Source: Leptolyngbyaceae cyanobacterium
GTDB taxonomy: Bacteria > Cyanobacteriota > Cyanobacteriia > Phormidesmidales > Phormidesmidaceae
Length of the DNA stretch: 64,000 nucleotides
Direction of reading: 5' to 3'
Assembly: GCA_965263355.1 (NCBI GenBank)
Contig: CBDHHL010000032.1
Span: 2,400,001 to 2,464,000 of the forward strand
This document shows positions 9,086 to 19,364 of the stretch, piece by piece. A model generated the notes under the pieces. It had not been told where the DNA came from. It saw nothing but the letters and a program-made list of their open reading frames with translations, and did no database searches. How positions within the stretch are numbered: position 1 is the first letter of the stretch; each line of letters begins with the position of its first letter. The position numbers and the translations under genes were made by a program.

Positions 9086-10729
9086 TCACTTACTAGAGTG
9101 CCAAATTTTAATGGTCTGGTCTTTACTACCACTAACCAGCGTTTTACCTAAGGCATCCAGACCTAGGGTCAACACCCAGTCTGAGTGATCCCTTAGCGTT
9201 TGACGTAATTCTCCTGTACGGGCATCCCATAATTTGACGGTGTTGTCCGTACTACCGCTGGTGATTGTCTCTCCGTCAAAGGCGACGGTTACAACTCGAT
9301 CGGTATGTCCTTCCAGGGTACGCACAGGTTCACCGGTTAACAAATCCCAAACTTTGAGCGTGGTATCCCAGCTGGCACTGACTAATTGTTCGCCATTAGG
9401 GTGGAGTGCGATCGCACGCACCGCATCCCCATGGCCCTGCAGCCTATGTAAGTTCTCTCCAGTCTCTAGATCCCAAATCTTAATATCGCCATCGGCTCCG
9501 CCACTGACAATGTGTTTACCATCGGGAGTAATCGCCACGGCCCAACAGGGTCCAGCATGCCCCGAGAGACTGTAGCGCAGCCGACCAGACTGGAAGTCCC
9601 ACACATTAATTTCACCATCGTAGCTGCTACTCACGAGGGTTTGGTTATCCTGAGCGATCGCCACTGACCAGATCGTTGCCCGATGGCCATCAAAGGTTTT
9701 GAGCAACTGGCCGGTGGCCATATCCCAAGCTTTTAGGCTCATATCGCCGCTACCGCTTACTAGCATGTCGCCAGAAAGATTAATCGCTAAGGTCCGCACC
9801 ACATCCGTATGGCCTGACAGCACACGAACAACCTCATTTTGCTTAAGGTTCCAAATCCGGATTACATGGTCGTAGCTACCACTGACCAATGTGCCTCCAT
9901 CAGGGGTCAGGGCAACGGTCCACACAGGTGCCAAATGTTTGGCAAATGTATGGATTAACGAAAACTCTGGATTTTGGCTGGAAACACTTGCCCCATACTC
10001 AGAAGCATCCGCGACCTCTTGAGAAGATAACTGAGGCATCGTCGAGGGTACTGTCAGCAGGGAATACCCCCCTAGCAGGGCAAATACCGCCGCCCCGCCC
10101 CAGGCCATCCAAGTTAGTTGAGACCCCTTGCTTGCCCGTCCACGAGAAGCCGTTTGTTGATCACCTTGCGCAGGGATTGACCATGTCTGACGTGCTGGCT
10201 GAACAAAACTAATAAAGCTAGCCGACGATGTAAACTCACCCGTGGAAGGATAGCGGTTTCGATAGCCATGCAGGAGATATAAATATCGACAGACCGCATT
10301 ACTAAATTTTGTTTCAGGGCTGATCTGCCAATCTTCAATGCAGGCCCCTGTCAATTGAGCCGTATCAAACCCTGTTCCAGAGACACAGGAGCGAACTAAA
10401 ATTGTCTGGCTGAGGTTTGCCTGACTGAGGTTCGCCATATATAAATTCGCATCCGTCAGATCGGCAGCCCCTAGATTAGCCTGACTTAGATAAGCTTGGG
10501 TGAGTTTTGCAGCCCGAAGATTCGCATGTGCCAGGTTAGCGCCAATCAGACAGGCTTGGGTCAAATTAGTCTGCTCAAGATTGACACCATCTAAACGGGC
10601 TTCAAATAGGTAAGCTCCACTTAGATTTACCCCACTCAGGTCTAACGGTAGGTCAGGATGCTCCCCTCGCCAATCATTCCAGTAATCTACCCCTTTCTCA
10701 AGCAAGGCAAGATGCTGATGGTTTGCCAT
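9086..10729 (-). CDS. Pentapeptide-repeat + TM + WD40 beta-propeller protein
   Basis: N-terminal GVDYWNDWR cap and pentapeptide repeats; TM (WGGAAVFALLGGYSLL); seven GH...WD-type repeats. Confidence 0.92.
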   Translation of the reverse strand: MANHQHLALLEKGVDYWNDWRGEHPDLPLDLSGVNLSGAYLFEARLDGVNLEQTNLTQACLIGANLAHANLRAAKLTQAYLSQANLGAADLTDANLYMANLSQANLSQTILVRSCVSGTGFDTAQLTGACIEDWQISPETKFSNAVCRYLYLLHGYRNRYPSTGEFTSSASFISFVQPARQTWSIPAQGDQQTASRGRASKGSQLTWMAWGGAAVFALLGGYSLLTVPSTMPQLSSQEVADASEYGASVSSQNPEFSLIHTFAKHLAPVWTVALTPDGGTLVSGSYDHVIRIWNLKQNEVVRVLSGHTDVVRTLAINLSGDMLVSGSGDMSLKAWDMATGQLLKTFDGHRATIWSVAIAQDNQTLVSSSYDGEINVWDFQSGRLRYSLSGHAGPCWAVAITPDGKHIVSGGADGDIKIWDLETGENLHRLQGHGDAVRAIALHPNGEQLVSASWDTTLKVWDLLTGEPVRTLEGHTDRVVTVAFDGETITSGSTDNTVKLWDARTGELRQTLRDHSDWVLTLGLDALGKTLVSGSKDQTIKIWHSSK

Positions 10730-10851
10730 GGCACCACATTTGTAGACACACTAACGCCTCCTAGGACTTCACTATAAAGCAAGCAATTTTCTTAAAGATA
10801 GAAGTGATACTAAAGCCGGATTGATTAATCCCGATTAAACTGCATCAGCCC

Positions 10852-11207
10852 GTAGGGGCAATCCCTTGTGGTTGCCCTATGATATCGAACGTAGGCAGCC
10901 AGGATTTCCTATCAGACGTCAGCAGTTTATCTCACTAAGATTGCCTGGTTTAAGTGAATACCCCTGACTGATAACAATCAGCGTCTACAGTAATACGTCT
11001 ATAGAGATAGATCAGATTTAAATCGCTCTAAAGGGAGCTAGAGTTTGGAATTCGGAGTTCGGAATACCCTTTTCCTTCTGACTTACGTACTATTAGGTCG
11101 TCCAGAGGACCTATTCTGACTTCCGAATTCAGTCCTAGTCGAGATTTCTTAACTCAAGTTGATACCCCAATGCCCAGTGGGTAGGGGCATTGCATGTAAT
11201 GCCTTTA
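10852..11207. repeat. Intergenic cluster of REP-like palindromes and MITE ends
   Basis: GTAGGGGCAATCC..GGTTGCCCT (10852-10878); GTAGGGGCATTGCATGTAATGCC (from 11181); TIR-like TTAAGTGAATACCCC (~10950-10964) and TCAAGTTGATACCC (~11154-11167); GGAATTC/GGAGTTC heptamers. Confidence 0.55.
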
Positions 11208-11247
11208 GGACATGGATAATAGTTCATGCTATTCAAATGCAAACGTC

Positions 11248-14200
11248 TTAGATTACCTTCTCTGCCCCAATCAGTTGCTTCAACTTTGTCAAAAGCTCCT
11301 GCTCGTTATAGGGCTTTGAAAAATACGCCGTTGCGCCTAAATTCATTGCTAGCTTACGGTGCTTTTCACTACTGCGAGAGGTGAGCATCAGAATGGGTAA
11401 TTCCTCATACGCCGGTTGCTCCCTCAATTCTTCGAGAACGCCATAGCCGTCAAGACGAGGCATTTCAATATCGCAGATCATGGCGTCTACCGTTAGACCA
11501 CCGACCAGCTTATCTAACGCTTCTCGGCCATCCTTAGCTTGCTCTACTAAATAGCCAGACCGCTCCAGGGTAGTAGCCATATAGCGGCGAGCATGGATAG
11601 AATCATCCACCACTAAAATTTTGGCCGTATTGGAGCGTGAAGAAATGGCAGGGACAGCTGACTGTGCAGGTTCTCGCTCCGGCCCTGCGACGATCCATTC
11701 CACTAGCTGAATCGGTTCAATCAGGGGCACAACACGACCATCACCCAAGACTGTCACCCCACCAAATCCAGGGGGTAATGGGATAGGGCTAGCCACTGGA
11801 CGGATGGCAACTTCTTGTTCCTGCCAGAAGCGATCAATCGTAAGACCGTAGCTACTACGATCTTCGCCCACGACCACAATCATGGGACAATTAATCAATG
11901 GCTGACCGCTCATGGCCAGTGGTCTGGACTCCATGGCCCAGTGCTCTTCCAAGCGCACCAGGGGAATATCTTCCCCTTTCCAAACCATGGACGGTTCAGG
12001 CATCTCCATGGCAGGTGTTTGGATCACTTCCTGTACCGCATCGACGGGCAGGGCAAAAATGGACCCATTACGCTCTAACAGCATCACCCGCAAAATAGAC
12101 AGGGATAGCGGAATGGTAATGGTAAACGTGGTGCCTTTGCCAGACTCAGTTAAGACCTGAATATCGCCCTGGACTTCTTTTAAGTTGGTGCGTACCACAT
12201 CCATCCCAAACCCACGACCGGATAGCTCGGTCACCTGGCCACTGGTGCTAAAGCCAGGTTCAAAAATAAACGACAAGAGTTCTTGCTGCCCCATGGCATC
12301 AACTTGCTGGGCTGGGAGATTGTATTGGCGAATGCGATCGCGAATCCGCTCCAAATTAATACCACCGCCATCGTCACTAACGGTGATCACGACTCGGTTA
12401 CCACGATTAACAGCCCGCAAGGTAATGGTTCCCACCGCAGGCTTCTGCCGCAGACGACGGCTTTCAGGAGTTTCAATGCCGTGGTCAAAGGCATTACGCA
12501 ATAGGTGCATCAATGGATCGCTAAGCTGATCCAAAGCAAACTGCTCCACTAAAGTTGTCGCCCCTTCAAGCTTCAGTTCCACAGGTTTGCCATACTGGAC
12601 CGACCAGTCGCGTACCACCCGAGGGAAACGCCCGACAATCTCTTCAAACGGTCGCATCTGGGTCTGGGTAATCCGATTTTTAAGGGTCCGACTGGTATAG
12701 TTAAGGCCACTAACAGCCTGCCCCATCTCATTTAGACCCAGCTCAATGTCACGGCTCACCTCTTCAAGTTTGACAATGGTCTCCATATGCTCCTGGGTCA
12801 GCAAATGGAGCTGGGAATAACGATCAAATTCCAGGGCGTCGAGTTCTTCAGGGGCGGCAACAGCCCAGCCCATACCATTCTGGCTAGCGCCATTCACACG
12901 AGTGCCATCACCGGCAGCATTGGCCATACTGCCCCCTGCGACAACGGCCCCCTCCGTCGAAGCCCGGTCATACCAGTGACGCAGCTCTTTATTAAACGAC
13001 GCCAGGGCCACCATCCGCTCCTGCATCAGTACACTAAATGCCTGCAGCTGTTCTAACTTTAGATTGACCTCATTTCGGTTAACAATTAAGGTCTCAAAGG
13101 TACTGTTAATTTGCTTTAGCTGGTCAACCGATAGGCGCACGGTTGATGTTTTTTGGGTGCTCGGTACCGATGGCTGAGGCGGTTCACGCAACGGGACTAG
13201 TGGAATCGCGTCCTGGGCAATTATGGTCTCACTGGCTGCCCCTGATGGCTCCTCCTCCAATGTCTCCGGCACTCCACCATGGGTAAGCTCAGCTGGCTCA
13301 ACGGTTTCTAGCTCTAGCGGTAGCGCTGCAAATTGTGCCTGCAGAATCTTTAAATCGACTGGCTCATCTAACGGCGTCTCAACCAGTTCCCCTAAATCAT
13401 CAGCGGGTAAATCCTCAGGAATTTCCAGGGTTGCTAACTGGTCTTGCAAATAGTCAATATCGTTCCCCTGTTGCTCAAGCGCTGGTTCAGCCAAAAGCTC
13501 CGGCAGGGGCAGCTCAGCTGAGTCTCCTAGTTTCTCATGGGGCGTCTCTTTTAGGGGTTTTAATTGAGTCGGCAATCGTTCCGTCCGACCCAAAAGTACG
13601 AGAGAATGACTCCGCTGCCATGCTTTCATAGCCTGCTGGGCAATCTCACTAATGGTGTCAGGCTGGGCAAACGCACATTGCTTTTGCACTGTTTCACACA
13701 GCGATACAAAGGGGTCTAACTGGGCCATCAGGCCAAACTCAGCCATCTGTCTGGCCGTGTCAATCATTGCCTGTCTGAGGGGTTCGCCCTCAAGTTCAGG
13801 TAGTTTTTGCCCTAACTCTTCTAGGGTATCTTCAACACTGGTGGTAAAAATAACAACATCGAGATTAGTATCATTCTCTTCTGACAATAATCGCGCTTCA
13901 TCTTCGGGGGTGAGATCCCCTAAACGCTTTTTCAGCTGTACAAAAATAGGGTCAGCATGGTTTGTTAGCCAGTGGGGGGCAATGGGCTGCTGGTCATGGT
14001 AGTGTTGTCTGGCTGTGCGTAAACAATCCACACCTTGTAACAACAACGTTTCCAGATGGGTATCCACCGCCAGCTGGCGGGCCCGCAGAATCTTAAACGA
14101 GTCTTCGAGATTGTGGGCCACCTGAGCAAGCACATCAAACCCCATCATGCCAGCCGTTCCTTTGACAGAGTGCGCGGCCCGCATGGCGATATCGATTTGG

Positions 14201-14316
14201 CTGGCTCGATCGTCCGCTATCTTGAGACCTAACAAGACAGTTTCAATCTCGCTAAAGTAGGTTTCCGCTTCTGACAAAAAGGTCAGTCGAGCCTGTTGCT
14301 CTTTGTCTAATGTCAT
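11248..14316 (-). CDS. cheA: CheA-like hybrid histidine kinase (Hpt-HATPase-CheW-REC)
   Basis: Hpt AAHSVKG; HLLRNAFDHGIE; DDGGGI; GFST..SGRGFGMDVV; CheW domain; C-terminal REC (VVDDS, CDIEMP). Confidence 0.95.
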   Translation of the reverse strand: MTLDKEQQARLTFLSEAETYFSEIETVLLGLKIADDRASQIDIAMRAAHSVKGTAGMMGFDVLAQVAHNLEDSFKILRARQLAVDTHLETLLLQGVDCLRTARQHYHDQQPIAPHWLTNHADPIFVQLKKRLGDLTPEDEARLLSEENDTNLDVVIFTTSVEDTLEELGQKLPELEGEPLRQAMIDTARQMAEFGLMAQLDPFVSLCETVQKQCAFAQPDTISEIAQQAMKAWQRSHSLVLLGRTERLPTQLKPLKETPHEKLGDSAELPLPELLAEPALEQQGNDIDYLQDQLATLEIPEDLPADDLGELVETPLDEPVDLKILQAQFAALPLELETVEPAELTHGGVPETLEEEPSGAASETIIAQDAIPLVPLREPPQPSVPSTQKTSTVRLSVDQLKQINSTFETLIVNRNEVNLKLEQLQAFSVLMQERMVALASFNKELRHWYDRASTEGAVVAGGSMANAAGDGTRVNGASQNGMGWAVAAPEELDALEFDRYSQLHLLTQEHMETIVKLEEVSRDIELGLNEMGQAVSGLNYTSRTLKNRITQTQMRPFEEIVGRFPRVVRDWSVQYGKPVELKLEGATTLVEQFALDQLSDPLMHLLRNAFDHGIETPESRRLRQKPAVGTITLRAVNRGNRVVITVSDDGGGINLERIRDRIRQYNLPAQQVDAMGQQELLSFIFEPGFSTSGQVTELSGRGFGMDVVRTNLKEVQGDIQVLTESGKGTTFTITIPLSLSILRVMLLERNGSIFALPVDAVQEVIQTPAMEMPEPSMVWKGEDIPLVRLEEHWAMESRPLAMSGQPLINCPMIVVVGEDRSSYGLTIDRFWQEQEVAIRPVASPIPLPPGFGGVTVLGDGRVVPLIEPIQLVEWIVAGPEREPAQSAVPAISSRSNTAKILVVDDSIHARRYMATTLERSGYLVEQAKDGREALDKLVGGLTVDAMICDIEMPRLDGYGVLEELREQPAYEELPILMLTSRSSEKHRKLAMNLGATAYFSKPYNEQELLTKLKQLIGAEKVI

Positions 14317-14324
14317 TGTCTTGT

Positions 14325-16745
14325 TTAACCTTCAACCTTGAACTGCTCGGCGGATGCCTGTAGTTCTTGAGCAACTTGAGCGGTGTCCTTAATTGCCTGG
14401 GCCACCTGGGCAGAGGTTTGAGACCGTTGTTCAGACGCCTGGGTCGCTTTTTGCATCAGTTCGGTTACCGCCTTGGATACCATGGTCTGGTTAATCGTAG
14501 AAACTGAAATATCTTGCATCAGCTGGTTGATTTGCTCTGATTTAGCCAGTACTTTTTCTAACTGCTGCTGGGTAATTTTTACCCGTTGGCTACTGTCAAC
14601 CACCTGAGCCGTACTGGTTTCAATGGCAGCGACTACCTCCTGGGTCTCGGTTTGAATTTCCGCCACAATCTGAGCAATCGTCTTTGTCGCCCCCGCCGAT
14701 TGTTCCGCCAGGGCACCCACCTGTTCCGCAACCGCCGTAAAGCCCTGACCCAGCTCGCCAGCGCGGGAGGCCTCTACGCTAGCATTCACCGCTAGTAGGT
14801 TTGTTTTTAAGGCGATTTCATCAATCAGACTGACGGCCTGGGCAATTTTCTGGGCCGATTCCCCTAAACGCTTAATCTTTTTAGCGGTTTCGCCAACGGT
14901 GGAACGCAGTTCCAGAATACTCTCTGCGGTTTCTCCCATGGACTGGGAGCCAGCCTGGGCCGTGGCGTAGGTATCGTTTGTTAGCGTCGAGGCCTGACTC
15001 GCGTTGTCAGCAACAGTCTGAATAGATTGGTCCATTTCTTCCACAGCCACCATTGTTGACTGTAGCGATCGCACCTCTTCCACGGCCTGCTGTGCCAGGG
15101 TACGGATTTGGTGCTCGTTAGTCAGCAAGGACTGACTTACCTGGCCCGTAGACTGTTTTACATTGACGGCAATATCCCGCAGGTTTTCAATAATGGCATT
15201 GAACAAGTCAGCCACAATGCCCACATCCCCAGGAATAAGTTTCGCCCGTACGGACAGATCACCATCTGCGGCATCGCCGACGTCTTCCATCAGCGCCGTG
15301 ATCTCATTTTCTAAGGTCTCCCGTTCCTGCCTTTGTTCCTCAGCGACCTGTTTTTGCTGGTTAATCAAGGATTGGATTTGGTCCAGCAGGTTGTTAAAAC
15401 TTTGGCCTAAAATTTTTGTCTCACGGGTACCCTCTAGAGTGGCACGGGTATCCAGGTCTCCGGCGGACGCTTTTTGGGACGTGGTGGTGAGGATTTGTAG
15501 GGGAGCAGAGAGCTGGCGGGCAAATACCTGGAGCAAAATAGCAACGGTTACACCCAAAACTAACGCGGTTACCACAAAAATAATCAACAGGTTGCGTCCG
15601 GCTGAATTAATTTCAGCGATGTCCACTGATGAGATCGCAACCCAAGGCACATTTGGCACCGTAGCGACACTGTATTCTCGACCGCCAGACTTTAACAGGG
15701 CGATTAAAACTTCCTGCCCTGAACTGGTGTTAATCCGGTCTAACTCAACTAAATCTACCGGTGACTGTTGAGCTAGCGCTTGCTTAATTGTGTCAAGACT
15801 GTCCTCCGTCCGACCCAGTTGACCGTATAGCATTTGCACAAACTGGGCCACGGGCTCCCCACCATCAATGTTACTCTCACCGAGGGTTTCCTGATCGACA
15901 GTCGTACTAGCCTCTGAGGTAATGGTTGAAAATGCAAGTAGGTTTCGGGTATCCACCACCTGCACCTTTTGGGACCCCGAAAGTGCTGTTGTCAGATAAA
16001 CCTCAAGCCGTTCATTGAGAGTAGACAGGGGGAAAAGGGCTTTCATTACCCCCAAGAATTCATCAGGGTTATTGGCTGGGTGAATGGTCTCGGCAATCGG
16101 TAACCCTACCGTATTAGAGGATTCATCAAACTCCACAGGCTCAACATATCGAATTGATTCTTTGGCCCCTTGCCACCAGGCCTCATCCCGCTGAACAAAA
16201 TCCGAGGTGGGATTGCTGTAAGCCACGTTCAAACCATGGCGTTCGGTAATAAAGATCTCTCCCAGACCTTCCACCAGGGCGACATCGGCCAGATACTGAT
16301 TGAGTTCTTGATTAGGTTTAAGTAATTTCGTCTGGCTAAACTGCTGCTCTAGGGAGTCAATCGGCTTATCGGCCAAACCGCTTTCTTCAACGTCTTTATC
16401 AGCCTGACGCACCGTGTTCAGAATAGTCGGACTAATTAATATCCCTTCAATAATTCTAAAGTTATCTTCTACAAAAACGTTGGCCGCTTCACTGGCCAGG
16501 ACTGACTCCTCTTTTAACAAGAGTAGGGCAGCGTTTTGTTCCGATCGACGGCTAACCAAAATCGCTAAACCACTGGCCACGGCCAATGGCAATAGGGTAA
16601 TGGGTAAAAGCGTTTGCAACAGCTGCCTGCTGAGGGGGCGTCCCTCGGTAGCATTTGTTGCCGAATTACGTAAGTCTTGCCTTTGAGGTTTTGTAGTCTC
16701 TTGAGACTGACGTTGATCGTTGAGTGGATATTGCTGAGCGGTCAT
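14325..16745 (-). CDS. Methyl-accepting chemotaxis protein (Cache-HAMP-MA)
   Basis: Two TMs flanking a Cache-like domain (SDFVQRDEAWWQ), HAMP, and the conserved tip IALKTNLLAVNASVEASRAGELGQGF. Likely ATG start at 16745. Confidence 0.93.
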   Translation of the reverse strand: MTAQQYPLNDQRQSQETTKPQRQDLRNSATNATEGRPLSRQLLQTLLPITLLPLAVASGLAILVSRRSEQNAALLLLKEESVLASEAANVFVEDNFRIIEGILISPTILNTVRQADKDVEESGLADKPIDSLEQQFSQTKLLKPNQELNQYLADVALVEGLGEIFITERHGLNVAYSNPTSDFVQRDEAWWQGAKESIRYVEPVEFDESSNTVGLPIAETIHPANNPDEFLGVMKALFPLSTLNERLEVYLTTALSGSQKVQVVDTRNLLAFSTITSEASTTVDQETLGESNIDGGEPVAQFVQMLYGQLGRTEDSLDTIKQALAQQSPVDLVELDRINTSSGQEVLIALLKSGGREYSVATVPNVPWVAISSVDIAEINSAGRNLLIIFVVTALVLGVTVAILLQVFARQLSAPLQILTTTSQKASAGDLDTRATLEGTRETKILGQSFNNLLDQIQSLINQQKQVAEEQRQERETLENEITALMEDVGDAADGDLSVRAKLIPGDVGIVADLFNAIIENLRDIAVNVKQSTGQVSQSLLTNEHQIRTLAQQAVEEVRSLQSTMVAVEEMDQSIQTVADNASQASTLTNDTYATAQAGSQSMGETAESILELRSTVGETAKKIKRLGESAQKIAQAVSLIDEIALKTNLLAVNASVEASRAGELGQGFTAVAEQVGALAEQSAGATKTIAQIVAEIQTETQEVVAAIETSTAQVVDSSQRVKITQQQLEKVLAKSEQINQLMQDISVSTINQTMVSKAVTELMQKATQASEQRSQTSAQVAQAIKDTAQVAQELQASAEQFKVEG

Positions 16746-16801
16746 AATGGCGTTTAACTCTCTCAAATTACCAAATAATCAATAAACGTAAACATTAAAA
16801 A

Positions 16802-17377
16802 TCAATGATCTGTTACCAATTGATGCTTGCCAATGGCCTCAGCACTTAAGACGAGCATCGGTTTACCATCCTGAAAAACCTGACCACTTAAATAAGGGTG
16901 TAAATCAGCCTCAACTTCATAAACTGGAGAGATAATATCTGCCAAGGAAAGTCGAATAGAACCGCGAATCTTAGGAACAACTAGCCCCAGAAAAAGTTCA
17001 GTGTCAGCCTGTACCTGTACAGTCTCCATCGGTAATGCCCGAATGACCACTACCTCGTAATATTGAGAGGATTCTAATGCCACCGGCACCCCCAATAGCC
17101 GGGCCAGGTTAACGGCCCAAAAAACATGACTTTTGGCACTCATGAGACCCAACACATGGGATGGCATATTAGGCATTGGTGTTACCTGCTGAGGTGACAC
17201 TAATAATGTTTCCTCCACCCAACTTAATGCGATCGCAATCGTTAAGTCCGAGGTCAGTTGTAAACGCAAAAATTGTTCCCCTGAAACAGGCTTGGGGTTA
17301 AATAATTCAGGTAAAAGCTGCTGCAGTCGATCTGCAGGTTTCAAGCCCTGAGAGATTTCCATAGAAGATGATTGCAT
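16802..17377 (-). CDS. cheW: CheW-like adaptor
   Basis: VTPMPNMPSHVLGL...FWAVNLARLLG motif and operon position. Likely ATG start at 17377. Confidence 0.9.
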   Translation of the reverse strand: MQSSSMEISQGLKPADRLQQLLPELFNPKPVSGEQFLRLQLTSDLTIAIALSWVEETLLVSPQQVTPMPNMPSHVLGLMSAKSHVFWAVNLARLLGVPVALESSQYYEVVVIRALPMETVQVQADTELFLGLVVPKIRGSIRLSLADIISPVYEVEADLHPYLSGQVFQDGKPMLVLSAEAIGKHQLVTDH

Positions 17378-17407
17378 AGTTATCTCATAAACCTTGTCCA
17401 AGGTTTA

Positions 17408-17773
17408 CTACAGGGTGGCAAAGCGGACGGCCTCAACCAGTTGATCTGCAGTGAAGGGCTTCACAACATATCCAACGACACCCTGCTTCTTTGCCCAGCT
17501 TTTATCCATCTTGCGGCCTTTGGTGGTGCAAGCAACAATGGGAATATCTGCTGTAGATGGATCTTTCTTAAGCTTACGGCAAAGCTCTAATCCAGTAATA
17601 TCGGGCATTACCAAATCAGTCACAATCACATCTGGTCGATCGGTTTGAACCTTGTCAAAGGCTTCCAACCCGTTTTCAATCGCCGTTACCATGTAGCCAG
17701 CCTCTTCCAGATAATGGCTAATTAAGTCCAGCTCAGATTTAACGTCATCGATTACCAATATTTTCTTAACCAT
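17408..17773 (-). CDS. CheY-like single-domain response regulator (PilH/PixH type)
   Basis: LVIDD, VTDLVMP, KPF; follows the patA-like gene. Likely ATG start at 17773. Confidence 0.92.
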   Translation of the reverse strand: MVKKILVIDDVKSELDLISHYLEEAGYMVTAIENGLEAFDKVQTDRPDVIVTDLVMPDITGLELCRKLKKDPSTADIPIVACTTKGRKMDKSWAKKQGVVGYVVKPFTADQLVEAVRFATL

Positions 17774-17882
17774 TTTACCCAATCCTGTTAACTGCAATTA
17801 ATACTTCCCTACACAGGGCATTTCCATAGACCAGAATGATTTAGCTAGAATCACTGCTCACCACTAACTACTCACCACTGAC

Positions 17883-19364
17883 TTAACTAAAGCTTGAACT
17901 GGGTTCCAAATAGGTCTCCAAGATTTTCAACAGTTGTACTTTAGAAAATGGTTTTTCTAAATAGTCAGTGGCACCGGATGATTGAGCGGTTGCCTTATTT
18001 AAAGGGCTGGCATTACTGCTAATCATAATAATGGGAACATCTTTGAACAGATAGCTGCGTTTCAAAATCTGGCACAGAGAATTGCCATTAATGCTGGGCA
18101 TCGAGACATCCATCAATACCAAATCGGGTTTCATCGCACAGATTTTAGATACAGACGCCACTGGATCGATGACCGTTTTAAGGTCAAAACGCTCTGGGTC
18201 AAGATAGCTGTCAATCTGTTCTAGCATTGCCTGACTGTCGTCAATGCAAATAATTAGATATCGCGACTCAGACGGACTAGTCGCAGGGGATTTACCTAAA
18301 CTAGGGGGCTGAGCTAAATTCTGGTCGTCTAACTTATCAGACTGCGAATGCTGCCTGGTTAACCCCTGGGGAGACGATAAACGATTGTTAGTCTCTAATT
18401 TACTAATGGCGGATGGCTGTTTGTTGATCACCCCTCCATTAGTGACCGATGAAAAATTATTGGCAGACAGATTATTCGTCGATGTGGCCGAATAATTATT
18501 AGTAGGCCGCTTACGCTTGACAGATTCTGGCGTAGGTTGTTCAACCTTAGCGGGGGCCGTACTTAAACCCTTAGGCGGCAGCTTTGCCCCTGGCAACCAG
18601 GGCAAACGATCCAGAGGTTGCACGGGAGGCCACAGCTTAATAACTCGATGCTGAATATAGGGGTAGAGCAGCTTTGCCAATTTGGCCTCATCTTGTTTAA
18701 CCGATTGAGCGAGCTGACGGAGGGTAGCGCCCTGCATTAACCTTGCCAATGCTTCTAACATTGGTTGCGATAGTAATCCCTGGGGCACAGACTGATAAAT
18801 GTCGTTAGGGTTTTCGCAGTAGGGCCTTTGGAAAGGAGAGTAAATGCGATCGCAAACAGGCTGCCAGACCCGCAACCGCCCAGCAAGATACTGTAGCAAG
18901 GCAGAAATATGGGCACCATTAGCCGTCGCATGCCACAGTTCCTGGGGAATTGGATGCCAGTTCACCATAGCAGAATCTAAGCTCAAAAGAGATTCAACGG
19001 CATCCTCAGTTAACTTGACCAGGACTTTTCCAGCCTGTTGTAATGTCAATGCATTATGCTGCACCAAGGCACCCACAACCTGGCTGGTCCAGTTGAGCGC
19101 CTCTAAACCATGGGCGTCACCCTTGCGTCTATAGAGATATTGAATTAAACGCCAATATACAGGTAACGCTGTCTCATAGCCTAAACCAGGCAATACAGTG
19201 TCCAAAGTTGTTAAATACTGTAGTGAATGCGCCGCAAACACCACCTGCCCATCAACAATATCAAGGCACCATTCAACATCCTTACCTTGAATATGAACTC
19301 GGCCATTTTGAGAAGTTGCAAGCGTCTTACGTAAAAAGGAAATTATCTCAAATTGAGAGTACAT
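17883..19364 (-). CDS. PatA-family response regulator (PATAN + REC)
   Basis: N-terminal PATAN-like domain (WCLDIVDGQVVFA; WQPVCDRIYSPFQRPY), S/N/P-rich linker and C-terminal REC (CIDDS, LMDVSMP); first gene of the operon. Likely ATG start at 19364. Confidence 0.88.
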   Translation of the reverse strand: MYSQFEIISFLRKTLATSQNGRVHIQGKDVEWCLDIVDGQVVFAAHSLQYLTTLDTVLPGLGYETALPVYWRLIQYLYRRKGDAHGLEALNWTSQVVGALVQHNALTLQQAGKVLVKLTEDAVESLLSLDSAMVNWHPIPQELWHATANGAHISALLQYLAGRLRVWQPVCDRIYSPFQRPYCENPNDIYQSVPQGLLSQPMLEALARLMQGATLRQLAQSVKQDEAKLAKLLYPYIQHRVIKLWPPVQPLDRLPWLPGAKLPPKGLSTAPAKVEQPTPESVKRKRPTNNYSATSTNNLSANNFSSVTNGGVINKQPSAISKLETNNRLSSPQGLTRQHSQSDKLDDQNLAQPPSLGKSPATSPSESRYLIICIDDSQAMLEQIDSYLDPERFDLKTVIDPVASVSKICAMKPDLVLMDVSMPSINGNSLCQILKRSYLFKDVPIIMISSNASPLNKATAQSSGATDYLEKPFSKVQLLKILETYLEPSSSFS

